This document shows, in pieces, positions 9,930-28,863 of a stretch of DNA of 64,000 nt; positions within the stretch are counted from its first letter, which is position 1, and every line of letters begins with the position of its first letter. The notes beneath the pieces were generated by a model, which did not search any database, had not been told where the DNA came from, and saw nothing but the letters and a program-made list of their open reading frames with translations. Source of the stretch: Synechococcus sp. (lineage in GTDB: Bacteria; Cyanobacteriota; Cyanobacteriia; PCC-6307; Cyanobiaceae); the NCBI GenBank assembly GCA_047284725.1, contig JBJBEO010000001.1, forward strand, positions 256,001-320,000. Reading direction: 5' to 3'. The translations under genes and the position numbers were made by a program.

Positions 9930-11729
9930 GTGAGACAGCTTGCCGCTCCTCTCCTGTTGATTGCCGGGGCCCTGACAGTTGACCATGCTCATCTCGTCCG
10001 TGCTGAAGCACTCGACAAGCAGTCATCATCGGCGCCTGAGCAAGCCACCAATGTTGGCCCTCAGGATCAAACAGATCTCCCCAGCGCCATCGAGGTCCAT
10101 GGGTCACGTCCAAAGGCCGACGACTCCGTCCTGCCCCCGGCGGCCACCTCGTTGCCTCCAGAACTTGTTCCCCTGACGGCTCCCCCACCGCTGGCCTTGC
10201 CGGATCAACCTGACCAGGTCAAGATTCGCGAGTTGCGTCCTCTGACACTTGAGGAAGCTGAGCAACTGGCCGAAGTCAACAATCCGAGTTTGAAGGCAGC
10301 CGCCAGCCAGGTCGAGCAGGCCAAGTCAGGGCTGCTAGCGGCTATTTCGGCCTGGTATCCCACGGTGAATCTCACGGCCAATGGCCTTCCTCAGTACCTG
10401 GCGGCAGACCAGTACCGCAATCCCGATTTTCTGAAAGTTCGCAATAAAGACAATCCCGCATTTGGGGAGACGCGCATTGACCCTGATACCGGAAAGCCAC
10501 TCAGTCCTTACACCTCCAGCACCCAGTGGTCAGCCAATTTTCAGGCTCAGGTGCAGTGGAATCTGATTGATCCAGCCCGGGTCCCTGCAATCGCTGCAGC
10601 TCGGGACACCTACGAGAAAGCGAGAGACACGTATCTGATCAGTCTTCGTGAGTTGAGGCTCAATACGGCCACTGAGTATTTCAATTTGCAGCGCCAAGAT
10701 GAGCAGGTGCGCATCGGTCAGCAATCCGTGCGTGTTTCGCTCGTCAGTCTCCGCGATGCACGGGCTCGGTTCGAAGCAGGTGTGGCCACCAAGCTGGAAG
10801 TGCTTGAAGCTGAAACACAGCTTGCACGTGACCGACTGCTTCTCAGCCGTGGACTTGGTAGCCAAGCCAAGGCGCGACGAAGCCTGGCAGCACTTCTGGA
10901 CTTGCCACAAGACATCACACCAACAGCGGCCTCGCCAGCAAGGATCACTGGGATCTGGCAGCCCTCCCTTCAAGAAAGCATTGTTGCGGCCTATGCCTTC
11001 CGCGAAGAGCTTGATCGCTTCATTCTCGACATTTCGATCAACAACAGCAATGCCAACGTGGCTCTGGCGGCAGTGCAACCGATTCTCAGCTTGGTGAACA
11101 CGTTCTCAACTTCCCGCACCCAAGGGCAGACAAACGTTCAGGGGAACCCTGATATGGCTGATTACTCCTGGAATGCCAATAATGTTGTGGCCTTGAATGC
11201 AACTTGGAATATTTTCGATGGTGGACGTGCCCGTGCCAATTATCGTCGGAATAAGCAAGCTGCACAGGAAAGCGAATTTAATTTCGCAACGGAGCGCGAT
11301 CGAATTCGTCAGGAAGTGGAAGACAGTTTTTATGATCTACGAACGTCTAATCAAAACATTCAGACGACGACGCGCGAAGTTTTGTCGTCACGTGAATCAT
11401 TACGCTTGTCACGTCTTCGTTTCCAGGCTGGCGTGACGACACAACGAGAAGTTGTTGATACGCAGCGCGATCTGACGCAGGCTGAGGTTCGCTACGCCGA
11501 TGCGATCACCACTTACAACGTGTCTCTGGCTCAATTGCGCCGACGTACGGGTCTTGACCAGGTGAAGGCTTGCCCTGCTGTTTCGCTCAGTGCAATCAAG
11601 CCGGTTGAAGATACTGACTACACAATCCCCATTGAACCCATACCGAACTTGCCGGCTTGTCAGGCCCCTGCCGTTGTCTCCACTCCTGCCCCGGCTCCTG
11701 TGTCCACCCCTATCCGTGGTCTTTGGTAA
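9930..11729 (+). CDS. tolC: TolC family outer membrane efflux protein
   Basis: Signal peptide; two OEP repeats (ARFEAGVATKLEVLEAE and LRFQAGVTTQREVVDTQ); Pro-rich tail ending PIRGLW. Confidence 0.9.
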   Translation: MRQLAAPLLLIAGALTVDHAHLVRAEALDKQSSSAPEQATNVGPQDQTDLPSAIEVHGSRPKADDSVLPPAATSLPPELVPLTAPPPLALPDQPDQVKIRELRPLTLEEAEQLAEVNNPSLKAAASQVEQAKSGLLAAISAWYPTVNLTANGLPQYLAADQYRNPDFLKVRNKDNPAFGETRIDPDTGKPLSPYTSSTQWSANFQAQVQWNLIDPARVPAIAAARDTYEKARDTYLISLRELRLNTATEYFNLQRQDEQVRIGQQSVRVSLVSLRDARARFEAGVATKLEVLEAETQLARDRLLLSRGLGSQAKARRSLAALLDLPQDITPTAASPARITGIWQPSLQESIVAAYAFREELDRFILDISINNSNANVALAAVQPILSLVNTFSTSRTQGQTNVQGNPDMADYSWNANNVVALNATWNIFDGGRARANYRRNKQAAQESEFNFATERDRIRQEVEDSFYDLRTSNQNIQTTTREVLSSRESLRLSRLRFQAGVTTQREVVDTQRDLTQAEVRYADAITTYNVSLAQLRRRTGLDQVKACPAVSLSAIKPVEDTDYTIPIEPIPNLPACQAPAVVSTPAPAPVSTPIRGLW

Positions 11730-12538
11730 TTCAAGGCACTCCGCTGCAGTTAAGTGAGCAACAGCTCACTGCCGTTCATCAGCTGCTCGACCGAGTGGCT
11801 GAACGGCAACGACAAGATTTTGGCAGCAGCTCCTCTGAACTCAAATCCGACGGCACCCTGATCACCACCTGTGACCGTTGGAGCGATGCAGAGATTCTCT
11901 CGGGCTTGACTGCAATCGCTCCGGGTGAAGGGGTTCTGAGCGAGGAAGGGTCTCAGCGTGTTCCCTCAACCAGGGCGTTCTGGGTGGTGGATCCCCTCGA
12001 CGGCACGACCAATTTTGCGGCAGGGATTCCTTACTGGGCCATCTCTGTTGCGCGTTGGGTCGATGGTGCTCCAGCAGAGGTCTTTCTCGATGTGCCTTCG
12101 TTGCGCCAGAGGATTGTTGCGATTCGGGGTCAAGGGGCTTGGCGGAATGGCAAGCGTCTGACCGCTTTGATGCGATCCAATGCCAACAGCGCCTGTATTT
12201 CCCTGTGCAGTCGCTCCATCCGTGTGCTGCAGCAACGTCCTGACCGTCGTTTCCCTGGAAAGATCCGATTGCTGGGAGTGGCGAGTCTGAATTTGCTCAG
12301 CGTCGCGATGGGACAAACCGTGGGTGCTCTTGAGGCGACCCCGAAAATCTGGGATCTGGCGGCTGCCTGGTTGGTCCTCAGCGAATTGGGCTGCCCTGTG
12401 ATTTGGCTCAACAAGCATCCGACCACCATTGCGCCCGGCGAGGATCTTTCGGCCACTGATTTTCCTGTCGTCGTGGCAGGCAATGACCCCATGCTGGAAC
12501 GCTTGCGTGAATGGGGTGAAGCGCTCGTGGATCGCTAG
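11723..12538 (+). CDS. inositol monophosphatase family protein
   Basis: SEE, WVVDPLDGTTNF and WDLAAA motifs. Start uncertain; TTG 11723 overlaps the tolC stop. Confidence 0.9.
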   Translation: MVIQGTPLQLSEQQLTAVHQLLDRVAERQRQDFGSSSSELKSDGTLITTCDRWSDAEILSGLTAIAPGEGVLSEEGSQRVPSTRAFWVVDPLDGTTNFAAGIPYWAISVARWVDGAPAEVFLDVPSLRQRIVAIRGQGAWRNGKRLTALMRSNANSACISLCSRSIRVLQQRPDRRFPGKIRLLGVASLNLLSVAMGQTVGALEATPKIWDLAAAWLVLSELGCPVIWLNKHPTTIAPGEDLSATDFPVVVAGNDPMLERLREWGEALVDR

Positions 12539-12717
12539 CTGGCTTTTGCTGGCTTCATGACTGTTGGTCTGATGGCAACGGGAAAGGGTTGCGTGTAGGG
12601 GGATGTATGGGTTATGGTTTTGGACTGCGCGGGAGCCGAGAGGCGAGCGTGCGGACTGCTGGAAGCGAGTACGCGAGTGCTTGTTTGACGGTAGTGAGCC
12701 GAGAGCGGAAGGGGAGC

Positions 12718-12826
12718 GATCCCACGATGTTGTAGGTTCATCAAGCGGTTGAGAGACCGCGTCACTTATGAGGCCGGGAGAGAGATCCCACGGTGTTGTA
12801 AGTTCAACAAGCGGCCGCGAGGCTGC
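12718..12826 (+). promoter_or_regulatory. two tandem rrn promoter-like modules
   Basis: gatcccacgatgttgtaggttcatcaagcgg and gatcccacggtgttgtaagttcaacaagcgg; each has a -10-like TAGGTT/TAAGTT and is followed by a small hairpin. Confidence 0.5.
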
Positions 12827-12863
12827 AGCGCTGAACGACTCCTGAGAGGGAGAAGGGAGGCGA

Positions 12864-12875
12864 GAACCTGGACAA
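12864..12875 (+). promoter_or_regulatory. rrn leader boxA antitermination element
   Basis: GAACCTGGACAA; the related GAACCTTGACAA is in the ITS at 15240-15251. Confidence 0.65.
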
Positions 12876-13242
12876 TTGAAAAGTTTAGGAACTGACGCTT
12901 TTATCGCGTTTAATGTTGAGCCAAGCCGCGAGGTGAGGGGAGAGATTAAATGAAATTGCGATAAAGGTGTGAGGTCCCGTCAAACAATTTCGTTGCGAAG
13001 AAGTCATTTGCTGCAACGAGGAGGTTTTCACGAGCCTCTTTGTTGCCGGTGTGCAAATGGTGGAGCAACAACCGGATCTGAGATCCTGGAAAGTCATGGA
13101 TAGAGAGATCTAGAAGTGCACTCTTAAGAACCCTTTCTGTGTCAGCGGAGAGGAGGCGACAACTGCACTGAGCGGAAGCTTGCAGTGTGGGTGAAGCAAA
13201 TCAATTTGAGGATATGAGAATGTCCGAGAGGAATTGATCTAC

Positions 13243-14724
<1,482 letters not shown>

Positions 14725-14909
14725 ACAGGGAGACAACACAATGATTTTGATGCCTGAGTGCTTTTATTCTTAGGCCGAAATCCTGTCACCTTAGGTCGAT
14801 CGGTACCTCAGCTTTGAAGTCAAGAACTTGCAGCGATGTGAGTTGCTTGATGGAGATTTTCAGTTCCTAAACTTTGTCTAGGTCACACCCCAAAAGGGAT
14901 GAGACTCCT

Positions 14910-14983
<74 letters not shown>

Positions 14984-14992
14984 TTCGGTGTT

Positions 14993-15065
14993 GGGGGTTT
15001 AGCTCAGTTGGTAGAGCGCCTGCTTTGCAAGCAGGATGTCAGGAGTTCGAGTCTCCTAACCTCCA
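14993..15065 (+). tRNA. trnA: tRNA-Ala(TGC)
   Basis: GGGGGTTTAGCTCAG...TTTGCAA...GTTCGAGTC...CCTCCA. Confidence 0.97.
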
Positions 15066-15450
15066 CTGACCGAACTTTGTCCCCAACTTCAGAGTATGGA
15101 GTTGAGCTCGAATGGAGTGTGATTTAGATGTGTCCGCTGGACGATCCCAGCTTCCTGTCATTCCAAGTCAGAAAACAACTTTGATTTTGGTTGATAAGAT
15201 GCTGGGCTCAAACTGATCAATCAGTTTGAAGTTCTAGCAGAACCTTGACAACTGCATAGGTGAGTCTGGAAAGAATAAAGCATCTCATGGATGCATCATT
15301 CTTTTTTGGATGATGTTTGATTCTTGAGCAAGAGCCGAGACTCCATCACGTTCTTCTGATTGTGTCGAGCAATTGGGAGTTTGATTTCTGATTCAGCAAT
15401 GAATCAGAAAGAATCCGTTTCAACGACGGCAAGCGTGTTGGATGTTAATT

Positions 15451-18315
<2,865 letters not shown>

Positions 18316-18425
18316 ACATTTTGGTTCTTGCCTTTTGAAGCAAGCTTGATTCTTTTCATGATGTGATTACGACAGTAATCAGAACCTATGCAGTTCTCAG
18401 GGTTCATCCTTGAGAATTGAGACTA

Positions 18426-18542
18426 TCCTGGTGTCCATAGCGCTGTGGTCCCACTCCGATCCATCTCGAACTCGGTTGTGAAACGCAGCAGCGGTGACGA
18501 TATTTGGGGGGTAGCCCCCTGAGAAAATAACTCGATGCCAGG
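18426..18542 (+). rRNA. rrf: 5S rRNA (copy 1)
   Basis: TCCTGGTG...CCATCTCGAACTCGGTTGTGAAACG...ATGCCAGG. Confidence 0.96.
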
Positions 18543-18611
18543 TAAAACCAATTCTTGACTAACTGTTGGATTCAGATTGAACAACACAATTGTTGTCTGA
18601 CTCCCGCGAAG

Positions 18612-18641
18612 AAAGCCGTTCCTGATGGGGCGGCTTTTTTT
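18612..18641 (+). terminator. rho-independent terminator of rrn copy 1
   Basis: aaagccgttcc-tgat-ggggcggcttt hairpin followed by a T run. Confidence 0.85.
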
Positions 18642-18856
18642 GTGTTCTGGTTTGCTGCGTGTTGATGAGAGATCGCCCTCTGGTTCTGAACAAGCGGTAC
18701 TGAAACTGCCGCCGGACTCGGTCTCGCTGCTTGCGGCATTGCACTCGGTCTGCTTCTCACCCATGAAGGTGAGTCTCTCCAACCCGCCGCAGTGCAGCGC
18801 TTGATAACGACGCCGCCCTCCCATCACTTCGGGCGGAGTCGTTGTTGATGGCAAGT

Positions 18857-19144
18857 TCAGGATCGGTGAACGTGCACTTGCTGCCATTTATGCTCCAGAC
18901 GCTGCCTGACGCGCGTTTCACTGCACGTTGCTGTGGTCGGGGTTCCGTTGTTGATCTTTTGAGTCAGCCGTGTGTAGCTAATTACCACAGCGTTGTCGTT
19001 CAGCCAACGCAGATGTGGCCTTGCCATGGTCACAGTGATGGGAGATCGAGTCGCACTGTTGTCGGCATCTAAGTCAAAGTAGAAGTGATGAAAGGGCAGA
19101 CCTTCGACAAGGTGTCCTTCGCTCTCCGCTTCAAAGCAGCTCAC
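18857..19144 (-). pseudogene. 5'-truncated CaMKII association (hub) domain / NTF2-like gene
   Basis: SCFEAESEGHLVEGLPFHHFYF...PHL...ISYTRLTQ...ETRV...WQQVHVHRS parallels the CaMKII hub ([22 protein letters not shown]...ETRVW...WQIVHFHRS). The N-terminal helix is missing at the repeat junction. Confidence 0.8.
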
Positions 19145-19920
19145 GTCGTCGTGGCAGGCAATGACCCCATGCTGGAACGCTTGCGTGAATGGGGTGAAGC
19201 GCTCGTGGATCGCTAGCTGGCTTTTGCTGGCTTCATGACTGTTGGTCTGATGGCAACGGGAAAGGGTTGCGTGTAGGGGGATGTATGGGTTATGGTTTTG
19301 GACTGCGCGGGAGCCGAGAGGCGAGCGTGCGGACTGCTGGAAGCGAGTACGCGAGTGCTTGTTTGACGGTAGTGAGCCGAGAGCGGAAGGGGAGCGATCC
19401 CACGATGTTGTAGGTTCATCAAGCGGTTGAGAGACCGCGTCACTTATGAGGCCGGGAGAGAGATCCCACGGTGTTGTAAGTTCAACAAGCGGCCGCGAGG
19501 CTGCAGCGCTGAACGACTCCTGAGAGGGAGAAGGGAGGCGAGAACCTGGACAATTGAAAAGTTTAGGAACTGACGCTTTTATCGCGTTTAATGTTGAGCC
19601 AAGCCGCGAGGTGAGGGGAGAGATTAAATGAAATTGCGATAAAGGTGTGAGGTCCCGTCAAACAATTTCGTTGCGAAGAAGTCATTTGCTGCAACGAGGA
19701 GGTTTTCACGAGCCTCTTTGTTGCCGGTGTGCAAATGGTGGAGCAACAACCGGATCTGAGATCCTGGAAAGTCATGGATAGAGAGATCTAGAAGTGCACT
19801 CTTAAGAACCCTTTCTGTGTCAGCGGAGAGGAGGCGACAACTGCACTGAGCGGAAGCTTGCAGTGTGGGTGAAGCAAATCAATTTGAGGATATGAGAATG
19901 TCCGAGAGGAATTGATCTAC

Positions 19921-21402
<1,482 letters not shown>

Positions 21403-21587
21403 ACAGGGAGACAACACAATGATTTTGATGCCTGAGTGCTTTTATTCTTAGGCCGAAATCCTGTCACCTTAGGTCGATCGGTACCTCAGCTTTGAAGTCA
21501 AGAACTTGCAGCGATGTGAGTTGCTTGATGGAGATTTTCAGTTCCTAAACTTTGTCTAGGTCACACCCCAAAAGGGATGAGACTCCT

Positions 21588-21661
<74 letters not shown>

Positions 21662-21670
21662 TTCGGTGTT

Positions 21671-21743
21671 GGGGGTTTAGCTCAGTTGGTAGAGCGCCTG
21701 CTTTGCAAGCAGGATGTCAGGAGTTCGAGTCTCCTAACCTCCA
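21671..21743 (+). tRNA. trnA: tRNA-Ala(TGC)
   Basis: Same sequence as copy 1. Confidence 0.97.
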
Positions 21744-22128
21744 CTGACCGAACTTTGTCCCCAACTTCAGAGTATGGAGTTGAGCTCGAATGGAGTGTGA
21801 TTTAGATGTGTCCGCTGGACGATCCCAGCTTCCTGTCATTCCAAGTCAGAAAACAACTTTGATTTTGGTTGATAAGATGCTGGGCTCAAACTGATCAATC
21901 AGTTTGAAGTTCTAGCAGAACCTTGACAACTGCATAGGTGAGTCTGGAAAGAATAAAGCATCTCATGGATGCATCATTCTTTTTTGGATGATGTTTGATT
22001 CTTGAGCAAGAGCCGAGACTCCATCACGTTCTTCTGATTGTGTCGAGCAATTGGGAGTTTGATTTCTGATTCAGCAATGAATCAGAAAGAATCCGTTTCA
22101 ACGACGGCAAGCGTGTTGGATGTTAATT

Positions 22129-24993
<2,865 letters not shown>

Positions 24994-25103
24994 ACATTTT
25001 GGTTCTTGCCTTTTGAAGCAAGCTTGATTCTTTTCATGATGTGATTACGACAGTAATCAGAACCTATGCAGTTCTCAGGGTTCATCCTTGAGAATTGAGA
25101 CTA

Positions 25104-25220
25104 TCCTGGTGTCCATAGCGCTGTGGTCCCACTCCGATCCATCTCGAACTCGGTTGTGAAACGCAGCAGCGGTGACGATATTTGGGGGGTAGCCCCCTGA
25201 GAAAATAACTCGATGCCAGG
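25104..25220 (+). rRNA. rrf: 5S rRNA (copy 2)
   Basis: Same sequence as copy 1. Confidence 0.96.
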
Positions 25221-25289
25221 TAAAACCAATTCTTGACTAACTGTTGGATTCAGATTGAACAACACAATTGTTGTCTGACTCCCGCGAAG

Positions 25290-25319
25290 AAAGCCGTTCC
25301 TGATGGGGCGGCTTTTTTT
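25290..25319 (+). terminator. rho-independent terminator of rrn copy 2
   Basis: Same hairpin and T run as copy 1. Confidence 0.85.
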
Positions 25320-25433
25320 GTGTTCTGTGCCTTGGCAAGGAGTGTAAGTCAAAGAGGTTTCCAGGCCAATCCTGAGATTCGTTGAAGCGTGCTCGGGGTG
25401 TATTGCTAGCGTTGCTCATAGAAACTCATTGTC

Positions 25434-26399
25434 TTGATGGGCCGGCGATCTGCCATGAAGCGTTTTGTCGTTTCGCTGTGGCGGGCTTATCTGCGCTGGT
25501 GTCAATATGATTGTGTCGATCTCAGTGCAGCCTTTGCGTACTACACGCTTCAGTCGATCTTTCCCTTGATCCTGATCATTCTCTCAATTGCGTCTTGGCT
25601 TCTTGGTCGTCAGGTGGGATTGAGTGAACAGATCGTCAGTTATACGGCTGGTGTTTTTCCTCCGACTGTTGTCGACTTGGTCAGAGCAACATTGGAAAAG
25701 CTTGTTCGCCAAGGTTTCGGCGCAGGCTTGCTTGGCGCCGGTGCGTTACTTGTCACTGCTGGGAATGTTTATCTCACGTTGCAAAGGGGAGCGGATCGGA
25801 TTTGGCATGGCGTCTTGCCGCAGAAGCAAGGGGATGCGCCTTGGAAGTACCAGGTTTGGCAATTTATCAAGGTGCGCCTCGAGGCTTTTGTTCTGGTTCT
25901 GTTGATTGGAGTACTGATTGTGCTTGATCAGATTAGTGCGAACTTGCGTATGATCCCCGCCGCGGCCCTTGCAGGCTTTGTGCAGTCTTTGCCCTGGTTA
26001 GAAGGCATTTTGCGTTTTGTTCCTGTTCTGACGTTCGGTCGGTTGTTGATGTCTTGTCTTGGTTTTGCGGCGATGTCGTTGATGCTGCAATTTCTTTTGC
26101 CAACGAGGAGAGTTCCGCTTAAGCCGTTGATTCCAGGTGCATTTCTGATTGGTTTTTTGCTGACGGTTTTGAATTTGGCTGTGAGTCGAAGCATCCTTTC
26201 TTTGGGTTCCCGATTCCAGGCTTATGGAGTGATCGGAAGCGTGCTTGTGCTCACGCTGTGGGTGTGGATGATTGGAGTCGTGATTTATTTTGGTCAATGT
26301 TGGAGTGTTGTCCTGGCTCGTCGACGTCTGCAGCGCAACGGTGATCCGTACGCATTGACGGCTGCTACGAGTGCGGGAATCAGCGAAACTGGTCTGTAA
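25434..26399 (+). CDS. YihY/BrkB family membrane protein
   Basis: DLSAAFAYYTLQSIFPL and YGVIGSVLVLTLWVW motifs; multiple TM segments. Confidence 0.9.
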   Translation: MMGRRSAMKRFVVSLWRAYLRWCQYDCVDLSAAFAYYTLQSIFPLILIILSIASWLLGRQVGLSEQIVSYTAGVFPPTVVDLVRATLEKLVRQGFGAGLLGAGALLVTAGNVYLTLQRGADRIWHGVLPQKQGDAPWKYQVWQFIKVRLEAFVLVLLIGVLIVLDQISANLRMIPAAALAGFVQSLPWLEGILRFVPVLTFGRLLMSCLGFAAMSLMLQFLLPTRRVPLKPLIPGAFLIGFLLTVLNLAVSRSILSLGSRFQAYGVIGSVLVLTLWVWMIGVVIYFGQCWSVVLARRRLQRNGDPYALTAATSAGISETGL

Positions 26400-26414
26400 T
26401 CGAAGTAGGGGCTC

Positions 26415-26765
26415 TTGCGTTCTCCGATTCCTTGGCTTTGGATTGCAGCTCTCTGCTTGCTGCTGCTGCCAACAGCTGCCGGCAGAGTGCTGTTGGATGT
26501 GGCAGGTGGTCTGGTGCTGTTTGCATTGGCTCTGCCTGTCATCCTTGGAGGAGTCGGCTGGCTTGGTTGGAGGATTCTTCAGAGTCGTATGTGTAGGTGC
26601 CCTGCCTGTGGCACAGTCGCACTGGCCAATTCTGGTCAGTGTCAAATCTGTGGAGCCGATCTCTCTGGGGTCATGCCGAACCAGGCCAATGACAACAACC
26701 AGGATGATGGTTCAGTGCCGGCAAGCGAAGTGACAATCGATATCAATGCTGAAGATATCGATTGA
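26415..26765 (+). CDS. hypothetical membrane protein with zinc-ribbon-like motif
   Basis: Two hydrophobic segments, CPACG...CQICG, acidic tail TIDINAE. Confidence 0.75.
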   Translation: MRSPIPWLWIAALCLLLLPTAAGRVLLDVAGGLVLFALALPVILGGVGWLGWRILQSRMCRCPACGTVALANSGQCQICGADLSGVMPNQANDNNQDDGSVPASEVTIDINAEDID

Positions 26766-26774
26766 TGTTCAGTT

Positions 26775-27134
26775 TTAAGGTTCAGTCTGTTCGCTTTTCT
26801 TCATTTCGTCCAGACGGCATTCACGCAAATAGAGAAATAGTGGCGCGCCGCAGGCGAAAGAAATGCTCACACTCGTGATCAGTGCTATCCACCAGTGCTT
26901 GATGTGTAGACGACGCCCTTCCACAACCATCCAGATGCTGATGGCCGTGGCTCCAATCACCAGATCTCGACTCAAGGATCGAGCTGCTGCATTGATGTTT
27001 GCATCACGGATGAAGAGTTGAATGTCGAAGCTGTTGAACCCATGGTCTTCCATGAAATCAAGATTGGCTTGCCAGGGGAGCACAGCTCCTGCGATTGCCA
27101 GGAAGAGATAGATCCAGCGCAAGCCATTAGCCAT
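26775..27134 (-). CDS. DUF2834-like membrane protein
   Basis: YLFLAIAGAVLPW...N.AARSLSRDL...PLFLYLRE. Confidence 0.75.
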   Translation of the reverse strand: MANGLRWIYLFLAIAGAVLPWQANLDFMEDHGFNSFDIQLFIRDANINAAARSLSRDLVIGATAISIWMVVEGRRLHIKHWWIALITSVSISFACGAPLFLYLRECRLDEMKKSEQTEP

Positions 27135-27399
27135 GGTTTGTGTTGTCCATAAGTGACGTCGTCATTGTGTCGGGATCCAGTTGAAGCACGGATTGCTCCA
27201 CCTCCTGCAGCAATGCTTCACAGCGTTCCAGATAAATCTGTCCGCGTTGATAGGTCTGCTGCAGTTCCGCTAACGGCGTGCTCTCGTTCTGAAGCTGGTT
27301 CAGCAACATGTCAGCGGCTTGCAAGGCTTCCTCATAGGTCAGGGTCTGAGCATCCTTTCGCCATTGTTTGATGGGGTCTTTTGCTGCCCTAGGGGCCAT
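27127..27399 (-). CDS. xseB: exodeoxyribonuclease VII small subunit
   Basis: LTYEEAL...YQRG...CEALLQEVEQ; downstream of xseA. Confidence 0.9.
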   Translation of the reverse strand: MAPRAAKDPIKQWRKDAQTLTYEEALQAADMLLNQLQNESTPLAELQQTYQRGQIYLERCEALLQEVEQSVLQLDPDTMTTSLMDNTNHG

Positions 27400-27423
27400 T
27401 GTCTGATCTCCGGTTGTGAAACC

Positions 27424-28584
27424 CTACGGGCTTGCACGGTCCAAGGCTTCAGTAGCTCGTGCTTCGACCTTCACAGCACCGTCACTCAGTCGCACGATCA
27501 GAGGGTCGTTCGTTTTGACCTGGTCAATGCTGCGAATCACTGTTCCCGACGGGGATTCCAGAATGGCAAATCCCCTTGCCAGCCAGCGTTGAGGAGAGAG
27601 TGCCATCAGGAGTTGCTGGCGTTGAGCGAACTGGCTGCGTCGCTGCTGCAGCAGCGTTGTCGGTGTGATCGTTTTCCAGCGCTCGAGTCGGTCGTTGATT
27701 CGCTGGCGGTGTCGTTGCAACCAGGCATGCAGAACGCCAGTGAGTTGTCGTTGTCGCTCACTCAGGAGCAGCGCTGTGGTCTCACGAGACGGCAGCAAGC
27801 TTACGATCGCCGCTGTTGGCGTCGCTGCTCGATGATCCGCCACGAGATCGGCAACCGTGAGGTCATCCTCATGCCCGATCCCGGTCACGACTGGTACTGG
27901 ATAGTGGGCAAGTTGGCGGCAGACGCATTCGTCGTCGAACACCATCAGGTCTTCCCTGTTTCCACCTCCCCTGGCAATGACGAGGGCATCGGCTTGGAGT
28001 GTGGGTGGTGCTTCACGAAGGCGCTGCAGCACTGCGTTGATGCGATCGGAGACGTCTCCCTGCACGGGAATGGGCACCACCAGCAACTCGGTTAACGGCC
28101 AGCGTTCCCGGGCAGTCCGCAACATATCCGCCAGGGCGGAGCTGGGAATGCTGGTGAGAATCGCCAGTCGTTGCGGCGATGCTGGGAGTGGTCTCCGGCG
28201 CGAGGGGTCGATCAAACCCTCTTGTCCCATTGTTGCCTTCACAGCCTCAAACCTGCGCAAGACGGTCGAGAGGCTGGGCCGCATGTCGACAACCTGGACC
28301 GCCAATGTGGCCCTGGCCGCCCAGAAGTTGATTTTCCCCACCACCGTGACGCCCTCGCCATCGGCGGGGATGTAATTCAATTGCCTGAGCTTGGAGGCCC
28401 AGGCCACGGCAGTGATGCTCGCCTCTCCATCTGTGAGAGTGAGCCAGAGATGCCCCTTCTTGATCTGCGGCTTCGACGCCGTGGCCTGAACCAGAAAACG
28501 GGGCGCAAAGCCTCGTTCCAGCAGTGAGCCAATCGCACTGTTGAGTTCCGCAACGGAATAGGTGGGTGGAGCGTCAGCGGTCAA
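27424..28584 (-). CDS. xseA: exodeoxyribonuclease VII large subunit
   Basis: YSVAELN, GHLWLTLTD, ARGGG, GIGHEDD, AATPTAA, LARGFA. Start taken at TTG 28584. Confidence 0.93.
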   Translation of the reverse strand: MTADAPPTYSVAELNSAIGSLLERGFAPRFLVQATASKPQIKKGHLWLTLTDGEASITAVAWASKLRQLNYIPADGEGVTVVGKINFWAARATLAVQVVDMRPSLSTVLRRFEAVKATMGQEGLIDPSRRRPLPASPQRLAILTSIPSSALADMLRTARERWPLTELLVVPIPVQGDVSDRINAVLQRLREAPPTLQADALVIARGGGNREDLMVFDDECVCRQLAHYPVPVVTGIGHEDDLTVADLVADHRAATPTAAIVSLLPSRETTALLLSERQRQLTGVLHAWLQRHRQRINDRLERWKTITPTTLLQQRRSQFAQRQQLLMALSPQRWLARGFAILESPSGTVIRSIDQVKTNDPLIVRLSDGAVKVEARATEALDRASP

Positions 28585-28759
28585 GACGTCGGTAGGCCAT
28601 GCCCCAGTAGAGGCACAGCACAGTGAAGAACAGGGTGAAGGGTGGCCCCCAGGCTTGACCAAGCTGGGTGGCGCTGATCGTGAAGAGCACCAGGGCGCTG
28701 CTGATCAGGCGTGCACCATCTCGACGGTTGTCGACGAACAGTCTTGGCAAAAGCGGCAA
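28574..28759 (-). CDS. small membrane protein
   Basis: 61 aa with two hydrophobic segments; stop overlaps the xseA start. Confidence 0.65.
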   Translation of the reverse strand: MPLLPRLFVDNRRDGARLISSALVLFTISATQLGQAWGPPFTLFFTVLCLYWGMAYRRLDR

Positions 28760-28803
28760 AGCAGATCACCCCACTTTTGCGCAGTGGGGTGAGACAGCTC
28801 AAT

Positions 28804-28834
28804 AAAAAACCCCGTCATCACTGACGGGGTTTTT
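28804..28834. terminator. bidirectional-looking rho-independent terminator downstream of hli
   Basis: aaaaaaccccgtca-tcac-tgacggggttttt. Confidence 0.85.
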
Positions 28835-28863
28835 CTTGTGCAGTGGTGCGGGACTGTCCAGAT

